A DNA stretch of 31,957 bases from positions 1 through 31,957 of the IMG/VR virus record IMGVR_UViG_3300036978_000226; one strand, 5' to 3'. This DNA is from a virus. Lineage: Duplodnaviria > Caudoviricetes. Position 1 is the first letter of the stretch, and each line of letters begins with the position of its first letter. Shown piece after piece: positions 1 to 7,217 of the stretch. Under the pieces are notes generated by a model, which saw only the letters and a list, made by a program, of their open reading frames with translations, did not search any database and was not told the DNA's origin. The position numbers were made by a program, and so were the translations under genes.

Positions 1-2368
1 CCTGATCCTTGCCGCTGCGCACAGAACCCTTGGGGTTCTCGATGGCTACCGGCAGCCCTTGGAAGCTGATGTGCTGCTTCTGGTAATTCCCGGCCTGCTT
101 CTGGGCTTCCGTGGGCTGCACGGCACCGCCGCGCTTGTAGTTGCCGAACTGCTGACCAGTTTCAGCTGCCTTCTGGATGACATCAGCCATCTTGTTGTTC
201 ATCTTCTCTCCGGGCATAGCGGTCATCAGCTTTTGCTGAAAGAGAGTTTTTCCGGCTGGGGATTGGTAGTCGGCGACCTTTCCTTTGACCTTTTCTGGCA
301 TTTCAGACCGGGCTTTAGTCCAGATTTGTTCCGCCTGAACAGGGGACCGGAAGCCGCCAGCGTATCCCTTGTGAGGAATTCCGGCTTCGTACGTACCGTG
401 GTATTGGCCTTCTTTGTTCATGACCAGCTTGCCCTCAGGATCAAGTTCCGTAGCGGAATATCCAGTCGAAAGCTGCGGCATGCCCAGAAGGCGTGGATCG
501 GCATTAGCAAAGCGGGCAGCGCCGACGTCAGGGAAGCCAGCTGAGCGCCAGCGGACGCTGTCCATGTTCTGCACAAACTTGGAGATATGGGTGCCCGGCC
601 TGTATGGTTTCTTCGGGTTGCCGGTGTTGTAGAAGAAGTCGTGAACGCCCTGAGTATCTTGGATACCCGGCCACTCCTTTGGGAATTCCTTGGTCTGCGG
701 AAACTTTTCCCGCATTTCATCATCAAACTTGTCAATGTCGCTCTTCTTGATCGGAAGATGTTTGATCTGGTTGATCACGGACTGGAGCATCATGTGGGAA
801 CTGTCGGCGGACCCAAGCCCCATCGCCGTGTGAAGGCCATATACTGGCCCCTCCTTGCCGTACTCCTTGATGCGATTGAGCGCGGTCTTGGCGGCACCTG
901 CGCGGTTACGCCACCCTGTTGGGTTCTCGCCACGAGAAAACTCTGACCGGATGTAATCACCACCGCCCTGCTGGTTCACATCTCCGACCGGAACGCCCAT
1001 GACCTTTCGAAGAACGGCATTTGCTGGAGTGTTGTCTCCAACCAGTGGGACCATGGTCGCCCCCTCCCGGTTCGCCTTTTCGACGTCAAATGGCTTCCAA
1101 GGTTCAAGGTTACCCTTGGGTGCGTACTCGGCCTCCATCTCGGACAGCGGTGTTATCAAATGTCCGCTTTTGGAGGTGTTCTTTATACCAGAGAGAACCG
1201 GCATGTTGCTGGCAAGGCTCTTGTTCTTCTGCATCAGGCCAGCGCCGGTTCGCGTGTACGATCCGCCCTGCTCCGCGATCTGAAGCGCCCGCTTCACAAT
1301 GTCCTGCGTCGATCCGGAGCTAAGATGCCTGACGAGGTCCGGGTGAACCAAATCATCAAGGCCATGATCATCGCCCATGGCTGCCATAGCGTGCATCAGC
1401 ATCTGGTGCTGACGCTCCATATCCCCCATGGAGCCGCCATCCATCTTGCCAATGCGACCGCCGGTGGCGGCATTCTGCATGGTGTCCATGATGTCGCCAT
1501 GGGTGGTGGTGGCGTTCTCAGCCTTGTCCCAGACCGCGTGGTGGGTCAGGTGCTGACGGAACGGCTCCATGCCGGGGTCCAGCTTGGGGTTCATGGCGGC
1601 CTGACGCGCAGCGAGGCGGTCCACAGCCGGGGCACCAGCGGGGCCGCTGAGCTTGCTGCCGACGGCCTTGGTGGGCATGCCGGTGTTCAGGATCACTTGC
1701 CGGGCGTCCAGCGTCGGGAGATCGCCACGGCCCAGCAGGGAGCCGACGAAACCAGCCTTGGCGTCCTTGATGCCATGCAGATTGGTGGCGAAATCGCGCC
1801 ATGGCTTGACCGGGCTGTCTCCAGACAGGCCAGCCTTGACCAGACTGGACACCAATTCGTGCTTTCCGGCCAGATTATTGACCGCCCAAGGCAGAGCATG
1901 GCTTTCGGTGGCGAAACCAAACGGCTTCATGGCCCGCTGGGCGTGCGCAACGGCCTCGTCGTCGACCCTTCCGTCCTCTGCGGCGTCCAGAAAGCGCTGA
2001 CCCATCGAAGATTTGAGCCATTCGGCCATCGCACCCTCTGGACGGATCATTTTTCCGACCGATTGCGGCAAATCCAGACCGCCTGCTCGAACCAAATCGG
2101 AATTTCGCTCCTTGCGGCGGATACTGGCGCGCGTAATGGCGTAGGCCTTGATCAAATCGCGCCCAGAAAGACCCTGACCAGCGGCTTTTGAGGCCATTTT
2201 GTGCATGAAATCGCCAAATTCATGGACGTGACCGGGAATTTCGGGAAGTCCGCCCAGTTCTTCGTGAACATCCTTCAGCGGACGCCAGTTTACGCGGTCA
2301 ACCTTGGCGTTTGGGACGTCTTGGTACTTGGACACCAAATCCATGGCGCGCTTCACGGTGTCCGACAT
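1..2368 (-). CDS. Large polyvalent (putative virion-injected) protein, 3'-truncated by window edge; N-terminal HhH-glycosylase-like domain, central unknown domain, start of InPase (inorganic pyrophosphatase-like) domain
   Basis: Not in the ORF track because there is no stop in the window. Manual translation from ATG 2368 (AGGAG RBS at 2376-2380) is open for 789 codons: MSDTVKRAMDLVSKY...NYKRGGAVQPTEAQKQAGNYQKQHISFQGLPVAIENPKGSVRSGKDQ. The last segment is the characteristic N-terminus of the polyvalent-protein InPase domain. Confidence 0.85.
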   Translation of the reverse strand, partial: MSDTVKRAMDLVSKYQDVPNAKVDRVNWRPLKDVHEELGGLPEIPGHVHEFGDFMHKMASKAAGQGLSGRDLIKAYAITRASIRRKERNSDLVRAGGLDLPQSVGKMIRPEGAMAEWLKSSMGQRFLDAAEDGRVDDEAVAHAQRAMKPFGFATESHALPWAVNNLAGKHELVSSLVKAGLSGDSPVKPWRDFATNLHGIKDAKAGFVGSLLGRGDLPTLDARQVILNTGMPTKAVGSKLSGPAGAPAVDRLAARQAAMNPKLDPGMEPFRQHLTHHAVWDKAENATTTHGDIMDTMQNAATGGRIGKMDGGSMGDMERQHQMLMHAMAAMGDDHGLDDLVHPDLVRHLSSGSTQDIVKRALQIAEQGGSYTRTGAGLMQKNKSLASNMPVLSGIKNTSKSGHLITPLSEMEAEYAPKGNLEPWKPFDVEKANREGATMVPLVGDNTPANAVLRKVMGVPVGDVNQQGGGDYIRSEFSRGENPTGWRNRAGAAKTALNRIKEYGKEGPVYGLHTAMGLGSADSSHMMLQSVINQIKHLPIKKSDIDKFDDEMREKFPQTKEFPKEWPGIQDTQGVHDFFYNTGNPKKPYRPGTHISKFVQNMDSVRWRSAGFPDVGAARFANADPRLLGMPQLSTGYSATELDPEGKLVMNKEGQYHGTYEAGIPHKGYAGGFRSPVQAEQIWTKARSEMPEKVKGKVADYQSPAGKTLFQQKLMTAMPGEKMNNKMADVIQKAAETGQQFGNYKRGGAVQPTEAQKQAGNYQKQHISFQGLPVAIENPKGSVRSGKDQ

Positions 2369-2372
2369 GCCA

Positions 2373-5300
2373 TCACTCCTTCAGCTTCAGCTTCATGGTA
2401 GCAGCCTTGCCGTCTTTCGTGAAGCTGCGCGTGATGCCCAGCGCTTTTTCGAAGTCGAAGCTGTGTTTTGCCCGGACACGCTTCAGTTCGGCGACGTCTT
2501 CCGGGGTCACAAAGTCCTCTGCACCTTCATGGTGGACCCAGTCGGGCATGATGCCGACCTTCTGGGGCGCAAAGATCGTGTCTTCGGTCCTTGCGCCACG
2601 GTTCGCCTCGCCATGGGGGCCGTAATTCAGCCAGCTGTTCTGGCCGCGCGTCTCGCTCGTCATCGCCATTCGGGCGAGGGGCGAGAACATGGACGCATGC
2701 GCCCGCCAAGCATTCTCTTCGCCGTCAGCGCGGAAGCCGACACCCTCTTTGGCGTGCCCGTAGTAGTCGTGGATGGCGCGGAAGACGTCGTTCACCGTCA
2801 CCGGTATGCCATTCCAGTGTTCACCGGTGCCCTGCAGCATGGGGTTCTTCTTGACGTCTTCGTCGGTGATCTCGCCGCTGCCGTACCCGGCGTATGTCGG
2901 GTAGACCCACATGTGGTGATTGTTTCGTACGTCCTCCACGGCAAGCCGGGGCGAGGCCTTGTACGGGTCTTCCTGCTTGCTGGGGTGCCAGAACTCTGCC
3001 TTGAACCCGGCTGCCTTGGCGGCCTGATATTGCGCCATCGTCTCCTTCGCCAGAGCGCTGTAGGACGCCTTGGTCAGTGGATCGTCTGGGTTGTCCGTCA
3101 TGGCTTCATATGCCGAAGCGATGCGCTTTGAGCGGCCCGGATCGACCTTTGCGTACTTGGTCGGCGGATTGTACGGCAGGCCGGACGACGCCATGTACTG
3201 GCGGGCGATCTCGCGAATGCGCGGGTCCGGTCCAGCCTGCAGCGATCCGCCAGTTAGCGGGATGCGGACGTTTTGGGGGAGGCCTTCGAGAGGTGTTTCA
3301 CCCTGTGACGGAAGAACGCCACTGCTTCCTCGTACTCCTCCTGCGACGGGAAGTCCTCCCGCTTCGGGGCGTGCCTGAGATGTTCCTGCGGTATCTTGTT
3401 GACCATCGGTCGACCCTCCAATTGATTTCTCCACGGTCCCGCCGCGCTTGAACGCGGTCTGTCCGCCAAGGACGCCCTGCTTCAGCTTGTCCGTCATCGG
3501 GATCGAGAACCCGGTGTATTGGTCCGACAGCGGCATGCTGCCCGGCTTGATGTCGGGGTCGTGCTGCTGTGCCAGACGCATGACACTTTTGGGCAGGATA
3601 TTGTCGTAATATCCCTTCATGCCCTCGCCGCTGTCTTTCAGGTTGTACCGATCCGCCTGCGCCTGTCCGGGCGTGAAGACCACGTGGTCATAGTTGCCCA
3701 TGGCGGCTTCGTGCAGGACGTTCTTCAGCGCCAGATCGGTCCAGTGCTGAGTGTTCTGGACGTAGGGTGCGGCTGGCTTCTTGCCGTTGTATCTCGCGCG
3801 ACCATAGCTCAAAGACCCCGCCTGATCTTCCGGAATTTTGTCGTAGGCATCCAACATCTCGACGTTGCTTGGGTGCTTGGAGAAGACCTCTCCGGTCTTT
3901 GTGTCAAAGATTTCGTACTGGTTCTTTGGGTCGTAGAAGCCATGCTTCTTGCCTTCCTGCCCCCAGTCGGACTGCATTTCCTCGACGTGCAGGACGCGTT
4001 TGTCGAGGCCGGGCTTGTTGTAATACGGGCTTCCGCTCCACCGCATCAGGCGGGAAATTGATGCCGCTTCCTCCGGAGAGATCACGCCCCGGTTGACGCC
4101 AAGTTCAGCAGAACCAGCGCCCAGATCGCGGATGCCGACACCCATATGGTCGGCAAGCTTTTGCATGACGGGGCGCATCTCATTGCGGTCACCACCCACC
4201 GTGCGATCACTCATGCGGATGTGGGCGAGGATGTTGTCGTTCTCATGCCAGTGGCTGGACACGTAGTCGTTATTGCCGGTCGCCGGAAGCGTCAGCAGGC
4301 GCTCCCGATAGTTGGAGCCACCCGGAATGGTGTAGCCCTCATATTCGGTCGGGCGCGGCTCGTTTTCGTCGTTGTACTCAGCGTTTTCATACTTGACCTG
4401 AGGCCCCTTGGTGCGGCGCATAAGCAGGTCGTACTCTGCCTGCTCTGCCTCGCTCTTGGGCTTCCCCCAAAGGGCATAGATGCGCTTCTCCTGCTCCTTC
4501 GAAAGGTAGCTGGGGTTCTCGCCGTACTGGTGGACCTCCATCTTCGGAAGGTTTTGGTCGAAGTGCTTGGCCATGTCTTCGCGGCTGATCTTGTCACCAT
4601 CAGGGCGACCAGCATGCTCAATCTCAGACGGCTTCGCGCCAAGCTTTTTGGCGGCGGCAATGTACTGGTCAACCGTACCCTTCTCCTGCGGCAGGCCCCG
4701 GATGATCTCGGCGGCCTTGGAGTAAAGACCGTGATCGGTGACCGTGCGTCCACCCTTGGAGCGCTCTACAGCACCACCATCAGCCTTGTTCATGTGCTTC
4801 TGGTTGGGGTCGAACTTGCCGTTGTTGTAGATCGACTTGATCTGCTGCGGCTCCTTCAGGGCCACCACAAGGTTGCCGCCCTGATCCGCCGGTATCCACG
4901 CGTCGTGCCCCTTGGCGCGCAGCGTGTCGAACCAGTCGGACTGGGCCGCCTTGTAGTTGTCCCGCAGGGTCTCAGGCGGCAGCGGGCCGGTGTACGGGTT
5001 CTCAGCCTTCACGTAGGCAGGGATGACGCGGGACGCTGTGTTGGTGGAGACCATGTTCCAGCCTTCGCGCTTGTAGCCTTGGCTGTCGTTCTGGGCGGCA
5101 TAGGACGACGCCACCTCAGGGTCTCGCGTGAACCATGCTCCATGGCGGCCCACGTTGTGCGACGTGAAGTCCTTGTCCTTGCTGGTCCCGGTGTAGAACA
5201 CGTGCGGCTCACCGTCGGTGTGGGTCACGCTGTTGCCGAACCAGTTGGCGAAGTTGTCGTTGTCGCCAATCCCGCCACCCTCAGCCTTGGTGATGTCGGG

Positions 5301-7217
5301 GTTGCCGGGGTCGAACGCGCCTTGGTTTCCGATGGCGCTCTTGATCTGGTGGGGCTGGAAGGTGACGTACTCGTTGGCGTCCTCAGCCTTGCCATAAATG
5401 TTCTCGGCCACGATCCCGTCGAAGCCCTTCGCTTGCAGGCTTTCTGCGACCTGCGGCGTGATCAGGTGGGGGAAGTCCTTGCTCCCGCCAGCGTGACGTT
5501 CGCGCATCTCCCGCAGGTTGAACTCGTCCAGAAAGAGGGGCGACTTCATGTGAAGGTGGACAGGCATGATGTTGTCGCCGACCTTCTTCCGGTTGTGCAT
5601 CTGCGGAAGGTTGCTTGGGTCGTCACCGAAGAACATGGCGGGTCCAGAGGGGCCATCCTTGTCAGCCTTGAACGTGCTGAAGTCACCGGATGTCCGGTGG
5701 TAGAATGTCTTCGGGGTGCCGTCGGAGTTCTTCACCGCATCGTCAGCATCCTGATGCCACGCAGCAAGGTTGGTCGCCCGGTCGCCGATCCCGCCACCCT
5801 CAGCGTAGCCATAGCGGTTCGCGGTCCAGCCCTGCGCCCAATCTGGGATGCTGTCACGGCTGTGGGACGGACCCCAGCCGCGCTCAGCGCCGACGTCGAA
5901 GTGCATGTTGTTGTCGTAGAAGCCGAAGCCCCGGAAGCCAGCGTTCCACGCAGCGTCAGCCAGCGCCAGCTTGTCATCTGGGGACCACCCGGTGGTGTCG
6001 ACGTCGAAGGCATTGCCATGGATGTGCTGGCTGCCACTAGCGCCACCCACTTCCTCGTTTTTCTTGGGGTCGCGGTATCCGCTGACGATGCCAAACTCTG
6101 GCCCGGCCCACGCGCTCTGCAGGCCGGACATGGCCTTGGCTGCCGCAGCGCTGATGCCCTCGCCATAGCCGTGCGGCTCCGCGTGCGCTGCGTGTGGCTC
6201 CGGTGCCGGTGCTTCATCCCCACCCTTGAAGAACTTTGCCGTGTCGGTGAGGCTCTGCATCGAGGCGAGGACGTCCGCTTCCGGCTGCTGCGCTTGGATA
6301 GGCGCGCGGGCCACGGCCAGCCGGGGCGTGTTCTGCATCATCGGGGCGGGCACGTATCCACCAGCCGCATGGACGGCGCGACCACCCGTTGCTGCGCTCA
6401 GGTGAGACAGGTGCGCCAAACGGGGATCGAAGCGGGCAAACTGTGAGCGGATTTTTGCGGGGTCCGACATCACCGTTTCCGTGGAGCGGATGGCATTTTT
6501 GGCGTCTGAGTGCCTGACGGAACCTTTTGCAGAAACCGCATCCGGAAACTGCGCGCTATCAAAACCTCTCCGGACATGCTCAGGGGTGTAGCCCTTTGGA
6601 AGAGGTGCCCCCATTGCAACATTTGATTTGTAAGGGGCGTCCCTGACGTCAGTCCTGCCAATGTTGGAAACTGTCGGGACAATGTTCTTCTCAAACGGGA
6701 CGCCTTTGTAGTCACGCTCCCCGTAGCGGTCGAGATATCGGCTTGCTGCTTTTGGGTTGTCTGTCGTGGAAATACCAGATGTGCCGGTATACCCCATGAA
6801 CTTTCCGGCTGGGTCGAAGCTGTCAGTGTCTTTGAGCGTGGAGTGGTAACCCTTATTGGTCATCCCCATCGCCTTAGCACGCTCCATTCGGCTGGCGCTG
6901 TCCATAGGCAGGTCCATACCCGTCTGACCCGTCTCATACAGCTTCCACAGGTGCTGTGGGTCAGCTGAATTCAGGTGATCATTCGTGATCTCTTTCTCAC
7001 GACCGTCGCGCAGCATACCGGCAACCGTCTCCGCTGCCGCGATGCCGTCATCCACCCGACCCCCGTCAGCATGCACGGCGCGGGGGACGTTCGGCATGTA
7101 CTTCGACGGGGCGATCTGGCCGGGGGCGCGTTCTTGCGCCTGCTTGGCCCGGTTCTTCTCCAGAATGCCGCCAAGGGTCAGCTTGGCAGCCCGGATCGCC
7201 TTGTCGATGTCGCTCAT
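2373..7217 (-). CDS. Large polyvalent protein (1614 aa): three ART-PolyVal ADP-ribosyltransferase-like domains, peptidase M15, EEMQSDW domain, C-terminal HDYYGH zincin-like domain
   Basis: ART-like motifs GYHST..IRSQFARFDP, FYHRT..GFDGIV..EYVTFQPHQIKS and FYTGT..GAWFT..PQQIKS. M15 motifs SGYRD..SQHIHGNAFD..HFD. Also VLHVEEMQSDW and FRAIHDYYGH..GEENAW..ETRGQNSWLN. Start overlaps the portal stop (ATGA). Confidence 0.85.
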   Translation of the reverse strand: MSDIDKAIRAAKLTLGGILEKNRAKQAQERAPGQIAPSKYMPNVPRAVHADGGRVDDGIAAAETVAGMLRDGREKEITNDHLNSADPQHLWKLYETGQTGMDLPMDSASRMERAKAMGMTNKGYHSTLKDTDSFDPAGKFMGYTGTSGISTTDNPKAASRYLDRYGERDYKGVPFEKNIVPTVSNIGRTDVRDAPYKSNVAMGAPLPKGYTPEHVRRGFDSAQFPDAVSAKGSVRHSDAKNAIRSTETVMSDPAKIRSQFARFDPRLAHLSHLSAATGGRAVHAAGGYVPAPMMQNTPRLAVARAPIQAQQPEADVLASMQSLTDTAKFFKGGDEAPAPEPHAAHAEPHGYGEGISAAAAKAMSGLQSAWAGPEFGIVSGYRDPKKNEEVGGASGSQHIHGNAFDVDTTGWSPDDKLALADAAWNAGFRGFGFYDNNMHFDVGAERGWGPSHSRDSIPDWAQGWTANRYGYAEGGGIGDRATNLAAWHQDADDAVKNSDGTPKTFYHRTSGDFSTFKADKDGPSGPAMFFGDDPSNLPQMHNRKKVGDNIMPVHLHMKSPLFLDEFNLREMRERHAGGSKDFPHLITPQVAESLQAKGFDGIVAENIYGKAEDANEYVTFQPHQIKSAIGNQGAFDPGNPDITKAEGGGIGDNDNFANWFGNSVTHTDGEPHVFYTGTSKDKDFTSHNVGRHGAWFTRDPEVASSYAAQNDSQGYKREGWNMVSTNTASRVIPAYVKAENPYTGPLPPETLRDNYKAAQSDWFDTLRAKGHDAWIPADQGGNLVVALKEPQQIKSIYNNGKFDPNQKHMNKADGGAVERSKGGRTVTDHGLYSKAAEIIRGLPQEKGTVDQYIAAAKKLGAKPSEIEHAGRPDGDKISREDMAKHFDQNLPKMEVHQYGENPSYLSKEQEKRIYALWGKPKSEAEQAEYDLLMRRTKGPQVKYENAEYNDENEPRPTEYEGYTIPGGSNYRERLLTLPATGNNDYVSSHWHENDNILAHIRMSDRTVGGDRNEMRPVMQKLADHMGVGIRDLGAGSAELGVNRGVISPEEAASISRLMRWSGSPYYNKPGLDKRVLHVEEMQSDWGQEGKKHGFYDPKNQYEIFDTKTGEVFSKHPSNVEMLDAYDKIPEDQAGSLSYGRARYNGKKPAAPYVQNTQHWTDLALKNVLHEAAMGNYDHVVFTPGQAQADRYNLKDSGEGMKGYYDNILPKSVMRLAQQHDPDIKPGSMPLSDQYTGFSIPMTDKLKQGVLGGQTAFKRGGTVEKSIGGSTDGQQDTAGTSQARPEAGGLPVAGGVRGSSGVLPSQGETPLEGLPQNVRIPLTGGSLQAGPDPRIREIARQYMASSGLPYNPPTKYAKVDPGRSKRIASAYEAMTDNPDDPLTKASYSALAKETMAQYQAAKAAGFKAEFWHPSKQEDPYKASPRLAVEDVRNNHHMWVYPTYAGYGSGEITDEDVKKNPMLQGTGEHWNGIPVTVNDVFRAIHDYYGHAKEGVGFRADGEENAWRAHASMFSPLARMAMTSETRGQNSWLNYGPHGEANRGARTEDTIFAPQKVGIMPDWVHHEGAEDFVTPEDVAELKRVRAKHSFDFEKALGITRSFTKDGKAATMKLKLKE
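3254..3406 (-). CDS. Putative overprinted 50-aa protein nested in the +1 frame of the 1614-aa gene
   Basis: GGAGG RBS about 9 nt before ATG 3406. Product MVNKIPQEHLRHAPKREDFPSQEEYEEAVAFFRHRVKHLSKASPKTSASR looks protein-like, while the host frame here is a low-complexity linker. Confidence 0.55.
   Translation of the reverse strand: MVNKIPQEHLRHAPKREDFPSQEEYEEAVAFFRHRVKHLSKASPKTSASR

Noticed and set aside
418-735. Second overprinted minus-strand ORF in the 1-2368 gene
   Set aside because: No SD, non-ATG start, R/S/T-rich composition typical of off-frame reading, and the host frame here is globular-looking.
59-2191. Plus-strand ORFs in the first 2.2 kb
   Set aside because: The minus strand has one continuous frame with an RBS and a recognisable InPase motif.
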